This document shows, piece by piece, positions 26,401 to 38,200 of a DNA stretch of 64,000 nucleotides. The notes beneath the pieces were generated by a model. It did not search any database. It was not told where the DNA came from and saw only the letters and a list, made by a program, of their open reading frames with translations. The position numbers and the translations under genes are program-made. Within the stretch, counting starts at the first letter, position 1; each line of letters begins with the position of its first letter. The DNA is from Balanoglossus misakiensis (Eukaryota > Animalia > Hemichordata): NCBI GenBank assembly GCA_040954595.2, contig CM082591.2, forward strand, positions 6,801,082 through 6,865,081. The letters are read 5' to 3'.

Positions 26401-29400
26401 CTTGGATGTGTCCGAGGCTATCCTAAACTGGTCAGATTCCACTATGTAATCAGGACAGCAAGGGACTGAAAAGTGTGCCCTCTAACAAACATAATTTTAG
26501 GAAGCTTTGAATCAAATTGAGGATTTCTAGAAATTTCTCTGAGTCAGCCCTATACCTTTGCATGTAGTGTGGAAAATTTTCTTGAGTCAACAGTGAGTTT
26601 GTTGAGTCAGGGGCGCATCATGTGGGCTTAGAGGGCTACCAGTGGTTTGTATATTCTGGAGTATCCCTATTAAGTAGCGTGTGTGTATACTTATTTAAAA
26701 ATGTACACAGAACTATAATTGGGATTGCTAAATAGACTTTCTCAACCTTTAATTGCAGGTTCAAAGAAAAAGGTGGAAAGATGATAAAGAGACATTTAGA
26801 ATCTTTAGAGCAGGTACTAACTTGTAATAGTCCCCTGCCCCATTCCCACAGCTGGCTGCGTATGTTTAAAGGATAGGGTCAGGCACAGGCTATTGTAAAC
26901 ATGGCTCTCATTGGCGTACGGACATTGGAGGCATCCATCTTGTTTATGATCACGTGGTCTTTGTTTTATTATAATATGCGGGTCAGGTTTTAGGCCAAGA
27001 TGGTGGCCCATACCTGACCCCTTTCCTTTTAGCGTAGCGCAGCCAGCAGTGGGAATGAGGCAGGGGACCAGACTAGTACTTGTAATTTTATATTCATTAT
27101 TTGAGACAATGTTGTCCTTATGAGTAACAGAAAAAAGTAAAACATTGTAAAAAAATATAAAGAGAGAGAACATTACTTCAATTATTTAATGCCGACATTA
27201 TCATTTCTTCAAGATTTCAGGTCAGTATGATGTTGTTGTTAACTGTGCAGGTCTTGGTGCACGTTCATTGGTTAATGACAAATCAATGCAGCCAATCAGA
27301 GGCCAGCTTATAAGGGTGAGCGCAACAATAAATATACATTGTACCCTTCATCTGGACAACAGTTTATCATGCAGACATTAGTATACAGAATGATACAAAT
27401 GGTTTCCCACTAGAAACTTGTATAGCTAGTGGCTTTTCTAGCTGCAAAATTATTCGGGTCAAAAAGGTAATACCAACAATTTCACTCAGTCTCGGTCAAA
27501 ATAAATGTTGTCTCTTAGAAAGAATTAAATGTTTTACCCATTCTTTTTTGATTTGTACAAATTATATAGTGGAGGAAGAGCATCGGAATCCAACTTAAGA
27601 ATCAGTGACATATACAAGTACTAACTAAGCTGCATTAGCTGTACCTTTTCCCTATGTTTTCAGTATTTTTATTTTATGTAGCTACTGCAGTTTCTTGTTC
27701 CAATCCATGAAACATGATGCAATGCCAGTATCCAGCTTATCAACACAACATATATTTGCATAGTCAGCTTTGTTAGTGTGCCAAATTTGTATTCAAGTCC
27801 GGACTAGAATACATTTGTCAACAATAACAATGTCCGTTACACACATACAGGCTATGTTGACAAACAGAGTACTCAGGGTATATGAGTATGCTGTTTGGAG
27901 TAGAACAAGAAATTGCATTTGGTACATATAACAAAAATACTGGAAATAAAGCCAAGCGATATAGCTAATGCCCCTTTAATATTATAGCTCATAAAATTAC
28001 TCAGTTTAGGTTTTCACAGGAGAGAAAAGGGATTTATTTGTAGGACCAGTGTATGACTGAAATATTATAAAAGTGAACTCTTATTTTTCGTTTCAGGTGG
28101 AAGCTCCATGGGTGAAGCATTTTGTGGCTTTTGATGATTTTGTGTACTACATATTTCCGGGGTGAGCTGAACTGGTTTGTGTGTTACTGAACATACATTC
28201 ACTGATTTTTGAAGCATTGCAATTTTCTCATATTACGAGCTTTTGTTTTCAATGACAAAAGTTTAGAACATATTGTGTCTTTTACTTTATTGGTTTCATG
28301 GTATCCTGCAATTCATGTGGAAAACCCCAATGATGGGCTGCCACTTTGTGCATTATTTCATGATTTTATTTTCAAACTTGTAATGGTCCATTAAATGTAT
28401 ACAGTCACCTCCAATTTACATACACCCATATATGGCTGAAATTGCGTATTTGAGTGTTCTAAAGAACATATGGTGGAGCTCTTTTTTTCGTGTGTGCCAC
28501 CCACTGAAAATCAGCGATTGGCTACATCTCAATTTACCATGGTAACTGTGGCTAAATTTGCATAGGTGACTGACTGTATACCTTTAAATTGAACTGACTG
28601 AAAATAGTATTGACCACAGTTGGTTTGCCATTGCATATAGTACATTGTAGTTGGTAAAAGTTCCACAGCTTCTAAACACTGAGTTTAGTGAATTTGCATA
28701 TTCATGATGTACAGTACTATTGTTTCATGGTTGGTGTAACCTTGATCTTGGCTGTGTACAGAGACAGAACAATAGCCCTGGGTGGAACTCATCAATATGG
28801 AGATTGGAGAGTGACTAATGATGAAAGAGACTGCAATCAGATCTTCCAAGAGTGCTGTAAACTGGTACCAAGTTTAAAGGTAATTACAGTCAAACCTCTA
28901 TATATAGTAGGGACCTCTATGTAATGGCCACTTTGTTGCAGTCCCTGTGCAATTTACATGTGCATTAATTGACCTGTATATAAAGGCCACCTGTCTATAA
29001 AGGCCAGTTTAGGAAAGACCCTTGACTGGCCACTATAGACAAGTTCGACTGTACAGTCAAACCAGTCTATGGGACTCCCAAACTGGCCTGTATAGACAGG
29101 TGTCCATTGAATGACTATATCGTTTTCTCTTACAGAAAAGTAAAATTCTTTATAAATGGGCAGGTTTAAGACCAGGAAGACCTTCTGTACGATTAGAAAA
29201 AGAAGAAATCAGATTTGGAAACACATCACTAAAGGTGAGGACAGCATTAAAAGGACAAAATCTCTCTCTCGCTGCCCTTTTTCCATTAATTATGTTTGAT
29301 ACAAGACACTGTTTATGTTAATGTACATGTGTACTATAGTGAATCAACGTTCAACCACACACAACTTCCATCCCGTTTGTAGGAAATGAGAGAAAAAATC

Positions 29401-29792
29401 TTGCCAAAATGAATAAATGGTAAACACCGATTATTCACTCTCGTGTCTACAAGTGGGATGCACATCGAACGTTGATTCACTATATATCCACATGTAGAAT
29501 AATATAAAGAGTGTCTTGTATCAACCATAATTAATGGGAAAAGGGCAGCAAGAGAGAGACTTTGTCCCTTTAACAAAGCTGAATGCAATTTATCACTCCA
29601 CTAGCCCATTTCTGGTTTCATTATTTAAAACCATATATTGGTGACATCATATTTTTTTTTTTTTTGTAGGTTGTTCATAATTATGGTCATGGAGGTGGTG
29701 GCATATCTCTTCACTGGGGGTGTGCACAACATGCAACTCAACTAGTTTTGGAATATCTACGAGGAACAAAATTGAAAACGGCGAAACTCTGA
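23468..29792 (+). CDS. DDO: D-aspartate oxidase / D-amino acid oxidase family FAD flavoenzyme, 338 aa, peroxisomal
   Basis: Exons 23468-23658, 24146-24260, 25672-25754, 26282-26347, 26759-26813, 27214-27315, 28097-28161, 28762-28879, 29136-29234 and 29670-29792 are phase-consistent (1017 nt). Motifs: GAGVIG (GxGxxG), [46 protein letters not shown], and C-terminal PTS1 AKL. Confidence 0.93.
26472..26637. mobile_element. Short TIR element (AGTGTGCCCT...AGGGC), with a second copy at ~58318-58490
   Basis: Both copies share TTTCTTGAGTCA.CAGTGAGTTTGTTGAGTCAG. Confidence 0.65.
26828..27075. mobile_element. TAG...CTA-terminated MITE with ~8-10 bp TSD (AcademH-like)
   Basis: TIR GTCCCCTGCCCCATTCCCACAGCTGGCTGCG and its inverse. 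Flanks taACTTGTAA and gtACTTGTAA. Confidence 0.7.
28885..29053. mobile_element. Tc1/pogo-like MITE (TA|CAGTCAAACC...GACTG|TA), followed by a partial second copy to ~29118
   Basis: TA duplication and CAGTC termini. It fills most of a DDO intron. A related TA-flanked element lies at ~61560-61684. Confidence 0.7.
29247..29573. mobile_element. MITE family A copy in the last DDO intron
   Basis: TTAA-flanked, with the same TIR as 5004-5358 and the internal part inverted. Confidence 0.88.
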
Positions 29793-29862
29793 TTTCATCT
29801 CAGTCGAATCTCATACCACTTGTAAAGAAAATTGCCAAGGCACAGAATATAACCACACATTC

Positions 29863-30109
29863 TTAAGGATGTACGTTCAGTAAAATGGAAAGTATTGTCA
29901 TTTAACGCAATTTATCTCAAAAAAGAGAGCGGTGACCCCTACATTTTATTTGACCAATGAATTTATATTTGCTGGACTGAGCTTTGTGTGAAATTTTGTG
30001 AAAATGACAATAGTCGAAGTTTGTTTTCTAGCAATTTTCAATGTAACCCTATGGGAAAAAGACCGGGCGCGCACTGTTTGCGGTTTATGTTCTGTGTGTA
30101 CATCCTTAA
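29863..30109. mobile_element. MITE family G (TTAA|GGATGTAC...GTACATCC|TTAA) in the DDO 3' region; partial copy at ~25421-25610
   Basis: Inverted termini with TTAA duplication. The start GGATGTACGTTCAGTAAAAT is shared between the two copies. Confidence 0.7.
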
Positions 30110-31623
30110 ATCAAGGAAATTCACGCACACTTCAAAACAGGATACTGAGTATTCTTTTATCCATTTTTGAAGACAATGTCAACTTGTAGTACATGTATTA
30201 TCCTTCAGAGGCTGGTGCTCAAACTATTACTACTGCCCTTTGCACATTTGGACATCTTTTTAAAATTATGCACACAAGTGTTTTTGCGAGATCTCCAAAA
30301 TTCAACAAATTCAAAAGGGAATGTAACCTTGCAAGTAAAGGGGTTCAACTGAATTCTGTGTAAGTTTTATTCACTGTTTTATGTAATTCTTACATATATA
30401 TGAGATGACTTTGCTCAATCTCCTGAAAGATCTCAGAAGGTCTAGTCCCTCAATAGCTGCCATTCTTGCATTATTTTCATGGTTTACTTTCAAACTAAGA
30501 ATGTTTCTGGACTTGAATTGCAAATTTTAAATAGCGTGTGACTAGGTTTAATGTTTCTAAAAACCATAGAAACACACAAATAATGGGAAAATTTTATATG
30601 CCATGATTAGCTGTCTGTTACAAAACATCTACATTGCTGATTGTACTTTGAAATTTTAACATTTTTATATCTGCATTGTAGTATATACATGTAATTATAC
30701 AAACATAATTGTATTGTAACCTTTTAACTTCTTTGATCTAGTTTTAAAATATTTATGGAAACAATTTAATATCTTTTAGAAGTCATGTATCTGCGCCTCC
30801 TAATGACATTATTAAAAAATTTAAATGAAAAAAATATTTATTGTGTTTTTCTGTTGTGTGCCATATCATGTATGCAAGAAAAGAGTGTGCATTATGGATG
30901 GTTTACATAAGACAGCCCACCATTATTTGTTGTCAATGAGTGGGAATTGATTTAATTTTAGGGGGTCTTCAGCAAATTACTTTGGGAGGGGGGGGGGGGG
31001 AATTGGGCGGGTAATATTTTGTACAACCCTGCCCTTGGGGGTGGGGGAGGGTCACGTTTTGCAAACCTCACTCTGGGGGAGGATAACATTTTACATTTGC
31101 AGATTTCACGACCAATTTTATTTTTATTTTGGGAGATCAAGCTCCCTAAAGTCTTACTGTTAATACTCAGCAACTGAGACAAAGTTTAGAAAATATTCCC
31201 GTTTCTCGACACTGCAACACTTATGAACTATCAAAGTTTAGACGAGTTGATGTTTTGAACTTGGGCCGCACACCCCTGTAAATAGTGGGAGTTACCCCCG
31301 AGGGTCCTGACAGTTACACCGCCGCCACAGGTGAAACCGTGAATTCTGCCCGGGGAGGTAGTCGGGTTCTCTGCCCCATTTCCACCGCTGGCTGCGCTGC
31401 TCAATGCTGGGCTGCCCTTTCGCGGCCATAGCAAGCTGGTGCCTTATCCAGGATGGTCGTCGTATGATCACAACTCGATGTATATCTATAATTTCAAAAA
31501 ACATTCTTGTCACTGACTGAATATCGTATGCAGCACATATCTTGCAATGAAAAGAAATTGTGACGACGAATCAGCTGTATACCCAAATTTTCTGGCTCAG
31601 CACAGTAATCAGTATCTGTGCCC

Positions 31624-31704
31624 ACAGGTGGCTGTCATTGGTTATCCCTAAGAACGAGCACGACACATGCTCGTTCTTAGGGATAACCAATGACAGCCAC
31701 CTGT
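31624..31704. repeat. Perfect 37-bp inverted repeat with a 7-nt loop
   Basis: ACAGGTGGCTGTCATTGGTTATCCCTAAGAACGAGCA-cgacaca-exact reverse complement. Confidence 0.92.
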
Positions 31705-33728
31705 ATCTGTGACAGGGCACCCGGAAAATGAATATGTGTGTTCCAGAAAGCAACTTTTGATGTTTTTTTACCTTCAATCAAAGTGCGCCATCGTTTTATA
31801 TTTTTCAAGCTTTCTCTGGCCGAGTTTTTTCCACTGGTATTTTCTGGGATCCCCCCCCCCCTTTTTTATAGAAAATCTTCCAGACCCCATCCCTGAACTT
31901 CAAATGGTCCACCTAGCATTGGGTTTTTCCCTTTTGTTCGTCGCGATAAAAAAATAAAGTTCATTGTAACTAGTTTATAGGGATATCCTCAACGAAAAAA
32001 TGGTTTGTCCTAGGCCGTATAACGCCGGGATCACACAGACCTGTTCGCAGGGCTATTAATTAAAGTCACGTCCGAACCACGCGCACGTCATTTCAATAAT
32101 CGTGTCCAGATGCGTTAGCCAACATGCATTTCAATGACTCGTGGCATGGATTAGGCTACGCCGTGTGTGCGCGCCATGGAGAGCAAATCATTGACGCCTG
32201 TTCATTGTCAAATAAACTAGATTCTTCGATTTTTACCCTGGTCTGGCGAAGTGCTCCGAAATTGACCAATCCGCTACAACTTTCCATGCGACTTTAGCAT
32301 CCTGAGTCGTGATTGGTCAGCTGGAGTTGACACTCGGCAAATCGGTTTTTTTTTCGTAAAATTTTATTCAAAGGAGCATGTATCTATAAACGTCTTGTTT
32401 CTTGTTAATTACTGGGGTTGGTTTGCGAATTTGGTTGCCAAAAAACTTGACTTGTGTGAGTAAATTTAATTACAAGCTTATTTCCTAAGAGTAAGATACC
32501 TCTCCTGTGATTGGTCAGCTTGAGTTGGCACTCGGCAAATCGGGTGTTTTCGTAAAATCTCGACGGAGATATCATGGCCGTCGGGTTTCTTGCGTTGGTC
32601 TGGGAAATTGGTTGGCAAACTTGACTTGCGTGAGTACATTTATATAAATAAAGCTTATTTTCTGTCTGGGCGGTGCGTAGAGGTTCCTCTCATTCCAAAT
32701 ATTTCTTCTAAATCAGTCCTCGGTGACTGGTATTCGCCAACAACGTCGATTTGACCGCCGTCACCGAACATTATTTATGGAGTGCGTAACACACTGTGAC
32801 GTAGCTGCAATGATTGTAGCGCGGGGTGCTGCTAGGTTGACTGGTGTGTTCGCAGCCCTACTTTGTTTTGTCAACAACAAGTTTTACTTAAACTTTGAAG
32901 CAGTATTTCCACATGGTCGGTGCATCCCTCTACGTCCATACAGCAACTTACATGAAAATAAATGAACGCAGCATAGAAATATCCCAAAACACAAAAACTC
33001 AATTTCTTGAATATTTACTGCAATATACACAGTATGTGTTTTGTGTACCAACTACAATTTATTGTTCTTCCCCTTATAGTGATGTTTACGTGTTTACCTA
33101 TCATTGTTTATGTTTACAAACACATTCAAGGTCAGATTTGAATGCAATCTTTGAACAATGACAATGATGTGGTGATGCAGTTTTTTTTTTTTTTTCAGTT
33201 TAGGTCCTTTGTTGTATGTGTAAACCATCGGGTCCTAAATATATCTGTCCACATCAAAAACTTGAAAACCGCTGTGCATATCACCATGCACTTTGATATT
33301 TGGTGAGTAGATGCAGGCTGGGCCGCAGATAGGAATTTGTTCAAATGAAGTTGTCATTGGCACAAATATGCAAATTAGCTGAAAAATGTGAAACTGGCCA
33401 AAACTCGGAAACTCAACAACGACTGGTCAGATTGATTTGAAAATTGGCATGCATGTACTTTACATGTCTACCCTCATACAGTCATGTATGTATGTTTTGA
33501 GTTAATGAATGTCTGTTTTGTCTTTTTCCACATTGTTGTTGAAAAATATTCTTCTCTGAAAGTGATTTGCCGATTTCTTTAAAACTTAGTATGTCACTTC
33601 TTATAAGTGATCTAAGTTACTTTTGTTCAAATTTTTGTAACATTTGCATATTTGTAATTATGGAGCAGTTGTTACCATTTTTGGTAAAAAATCATTTTCT
33701 CTGAAAACTCTTGTTTTATTCCTTGCAG

Positions 33729-34695
33729 AACTAATGACAGCAGAAGAGGCAGTTATTAGCAGCAATGTCTGGTACAGCTGGGACTGAGAGTCCTGCTCCA
33801 GTTAATCTCAACCAGTACATCACAGACAGACTCGGGAAGAAGGTGTCACTGATAAAGGTAATATGAACCCATTTAAATCAGTCATATATCTTCCTTATTG
33901 ATTCTTCTGTTGGGGAGGGGGGGGGGATTTGGTTTGCTGGAATATTTATGGGGACTGCAACAAAACGTTTTACAAGAATATAGCATGTAACAGATTGGAA
34001 TTAAGTTCTGAATGTTTTGGCGTTGGGTAAGGAATAGAGTTGATCTTGTCCTTGGCCCTTGTAATTTTGGGGCAGTTGTTGCCATTTTAGTCAAAACTCA
34101 TTTTCTCTGAAACCCCTGATTTAATTCCTTGCAGAAGTAATGACAGCAGGAGAGCTGGAACTGAGAGTCCTGCTCCCGTTAATCTCAATCAGTTGATCAG
34201 AGACAGACTCAGAATAAAGATGTCAGAGATAAAGGTAATATGAACCCATTTAAATCTGTCATATCTTTCCTATTGATTCTTCTGCTGGGGAGGGGGTGCT
34301 GAAAAATTTAAGGGGATTGCAAGAAAACGTGTTACAAGAATATACTGACCTTAGTCTTTATTCACACATGATGTATACTATTTCAAACAACTGCATTTGT
34401 GCATGTAACAGCTAATGTTCTGTTGTAAAAGCCAGTGCATGCAGTGTAATAGACGCCATTTCATGTAGCACTGGCCGTCGCTTCACAAATTGTTAGGGAG
34501 GGGTGCTCTTTGCATGAAACAGCTAAAATGCCACAATGGTCATCTTGTTTTCCTGACAGGAGAAAGCAGCTGAGGAAGAGAAGAAGGAAATGGAAAAAGC
34601 AGAGCCAGGAAAAGTCGCAAGTAAACCACCAACCTGAAGATTACATGGAATGTAAGGAAGGCAGCCAGCCCCTAGATATGATGATTGAACCAATG
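33729..34695 (+). pseudogene. Exon-like gene fragment: tandemly duplicated exon (33729-33857, 34134-34234) plus a Glu/Lys-rich exon (34560-34695)
   Basis: CCTTGCAG acceptors and AAG|GTAATA donors in both copies, which encode AGTESPAPVNLNQ.I.DRL..K.S.IK. The third exon starts EKAAEEEKKEMEK and ends ATG|GTAAGT. Stops or frameshifts are present and no homology was recognised. Confidence 0.4.
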
Positions 34696-34907
34696 GTAAG
34701 TCTTTATCTAGATGTTGAAATGTATATATATGGGACAGCAGCTACGATGATCAATTACAAAGTTATGCAATAACGAATTAAGATGCCACTAATACTTTCC
34801 TTGCTGTAGTCCAAATACCTTCATAGCTAAATTAAAAAACTATCCGCTATCTAGAAACTAGGTGCAAAAAAAGACAAACAATGTATATGATCTTGGTTTC
34901 AGTTGTT

Positions 34908-34913
34908 TTTATT
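34908..34913 (-). terminator. Candidate polyadenylation signal AATAAA of the subtilase gene
   Basis: Located ~290 nt after the stop codon and followed by a GT/T-rich tract on the minus strand. Confidence 0.55.
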
Positions 34914-35201
34914 TCATCTACATATACATGGCGTGATAAGGGTTGCACAAAAATATCAGGCAAGCAAAAGTCTTCCAGATGACACATTTAATGCATTTAA
35001 GGGGTTGAACATGATATATGATTATCGTCTATATTTCTGTTTACGAGTGTGATTAAATTTGTCGTGACTAGAGTTACTTTGCGAGGCTCTGCACTGAGGA
35101 GGTGCGTAGGTTTTCTACTGAATGATCATTGCTGAATGAAGAAGTCGATGTCGATGTCCGATGGCGGTTGTTTCTTGTCGTGTGGGTTCTGAGTTCACAT
35201 T

Positions 35202-38200
35202 TTATGTATAATCCCAGTATCCTCCGTTAAACTGATTCACATAATCTGTGATGCAAGGTGACAGTGGAAAATGTGAACAGGTGAATTCAATTAAAATAGA
35301 TGCACACTTTTTCTTATTCTGAAAAGGTATACATATGGTACACCTAATTCATACCTAATTATTTAGGTACAGTTTACATGTAGGTACACCTTGTTCAAAA
35401 ATAAGTTAGAAATAGGTGCCACAAGTATACCAAAGTGATAAGGTGTACCTCTGGTATACCAAAAGTGTACCGAAACTGTACCTTTTCTATGGAGAATTTG
35501 GTAAGGGTAAATCTGTCGAGTAATACTATTGTTTTATGGGCTGTTTGGGTTAATGAATATCTTTGTGTGTGTGTGTGTGTGTTTGTTTGTTTCTTTGCTT
35601 GTTTGTTTGCCCTTGGCGATACCCAGGCCAACACAAACTACTTAATTCTTTACTACATGTATCAATCACGTGATCTGGCCATGTGTCCCATGGCGCTGTC
35701 ATTTCCAGGTGACGGGCAAGCAATATTTCGGCATCCAGTAAAAGTTTTTCCGAGTATGTTTTTTACTTAAGAACTGCCAGACATGTAACATGTATCAGGT
35801 ATGGTGCCTTATCAGCCTCATGGAGTTTCGTCTGCACAGTCTTTGGCTACGCCACGTTGTTGAAGTTGCCCGTCATCTGGAAATTTGAATGCGAACGTAA
35901 CTGCCATCTGAGCGCATCTGACGTCATTTGATATCGAATTATAGCTGATCAATAACAGTTTGTACTTACACACATATTGGTTCGGAATGCAGGTGAAGAG
36001 GATATGCTTGTTTTGAGTGTACCTAACTTGCTTCACCCTGTTCTTGGATGAATTATAAAGGAGGGTGACAGCGACCTCTTGGGCTCGAAGATGAGGAAGA
36101 TTTTCCTTGATCAGGGCTGCGGCACCTGGTTGTAAAAACAAAGAGTATGTCAGATACATAGATACATAGATACATGCAAACATTCATTCGTTCATTCATT
36201 CATACATTCATACATACATACATACATACATACATACATACATACATACATACATACATACATACATACATACATACATACATACATACATACATACATA
36301 CGTACATACATACATAGGTACATACGTACGTACGTACGTACGTACATACATACATATGTAAATCCACACACACACTCATTCCTCAAATTGTATTTACCTG
36401 CTACATGTGGTGCAGCCATGGAGGTACCACTCAGTATTCCAATTGAACTCGTCGTGTATCTTGATGTACTGTACGCACTGGTAATACTAACACCAGGGGC
36501 AAAGATGTTGACACTATATCCATAGTTAGAAAAGCTTGCCATGTAATCAGACTTGTCAGTGGCACCAACCGTTATTACCTTTAATGAAATTGATATTTCA
36601 CAATTTAATCCATCACTGCCAAAATTACTCAAAAGGAGCCTATCTCAGGGCGTTTTTAATTGTCCATGCGTTATTGAGACTGTCATTGCAGTTTTCCACA
36701 AGGCTTATTTGTAAGATAGCATTCATAAAGAATTTTGGATTCGGTCGGGAAGGATCACAAAAACTCTTCTCCAGCTTTGAGGGTTCAATTTTACCTGGCA
36801 GTAAAAATATTAACGTAAAGTGCACTAATGTTCTAAACAAACAAACCTCAAGTATACTTGCACAGGTTGAATTATTTTGTATATCATAGAATGTGGTTAG
36901 TCTTTTTGGAAAGAAAAAAGGGTGTTATCCTCGGTGCTGCAAATGTTTAATACATAGCGTGTTCAAATTGCATTGCAACATGCAGTCACGGTCGGGCAGC
37001 GAAAAGGTGTTCATGTATTACCTCTCAGTAAGCTTATAAAGATGGGCCAATTAAAGTCGTGAAAATAATGCAAAAAGCAGCAACTCTAGAGGTTTTAAGA
37101 ACTCACACTTTCAATTCTTGCTGGCCAATAGCTACTGGCATAATAGGCGTCGTTGCCTGCTGCAACAACCACAGGGATATCATGGGCCTTCTGGATTGCT
37201 TCAATCAAGGTTGTTCCAACTGGATCGTTGTAATAGCTACGAAGAGACATATTAACCACACCAGGCTTTCTTGCACGAAGCAAGATTTCAATGAGACCTA
37301 TTGCAAGACAGAAAATGACAAAACGTTAGTGCACGCATATATGTGTACATACACACACATACATCCATGCACACACACATACACACACACACACACATAT
37401 GTTCTATGTAAACTTGTCCCCATGAACTACCTTGTTGTATTCCTGTGGATGTACCACTACCATAACTGTTAAGTACGCGGACACTCCACAGGTTCGCATT
37501 CGGAGCAACACCATAATTCGATCCAGCCGCAATTCCAGCCACGTGTGTACCATGTCCGTTGTAATCCCATCCCTGAAAATTGTATTATTGTTTATCAATA
37601 GAATCTCACATCCCAAGGACCTAAAATCAGATTTGTCACACGTATTTGGATATTTTAGGTAGAAAATATAATACGCTCAATCAGAATAAACATAAACGCA
37701 TATCAGACTGAATTTTGCAGCTGCAAGACGTCAGGACTACGCATCATTTTTCCCCCACCCCCAAGTAAATTCTTGTTTTTTTACTAGTGTTTACCTTCAC
37801 TAGAATCAGACAAAATACATGGACAATCTCACTGTAATAAGATTTTTTGAGTTTGGTATATTGTTTTTCATGGCCTTGGCTAATTTTTATCTAAATTCTG
37901 GCTGTGTCTTTAGAAAAGAACAAATGGTTTGTTATAATTGGTATCATTAACTTGCTGAACAGTATAATTCAAGTTATACGATTGACAAGATTTTGAAATT
38001 AACTGTTCCAATTGTGTTTAAATGTATTAAAACTCACCCCTTGGTTGTAGTAATCATAAAAGTACCGTGCTCGCCCACCAAACTCTGTGTGATAGTAACT
38101 GATACCAGTATCCATAATATAGATATTGGCCTTCTGAGGACAAACTATAGTGATATTATGGTAAGTGATTTGTACATTGAAAGTAAATCCATCCGCCTGG

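Noticed and set aside
31270-31460. GC-rich block considered as a structured RNA (HDV-like or twister ribozyme, tRNA/SINE)
   Set aside because: I could not build the required paired elements or A/B boxes. It is more likely a repeat fragment.
35818-35969. Read-through C-terminus of the subtilase suggested by the ORF track
   Set aside because: A perfect GTAAGT donor at 35969 and a phase-matched terminal exon with a downstream AATAAA give a better model
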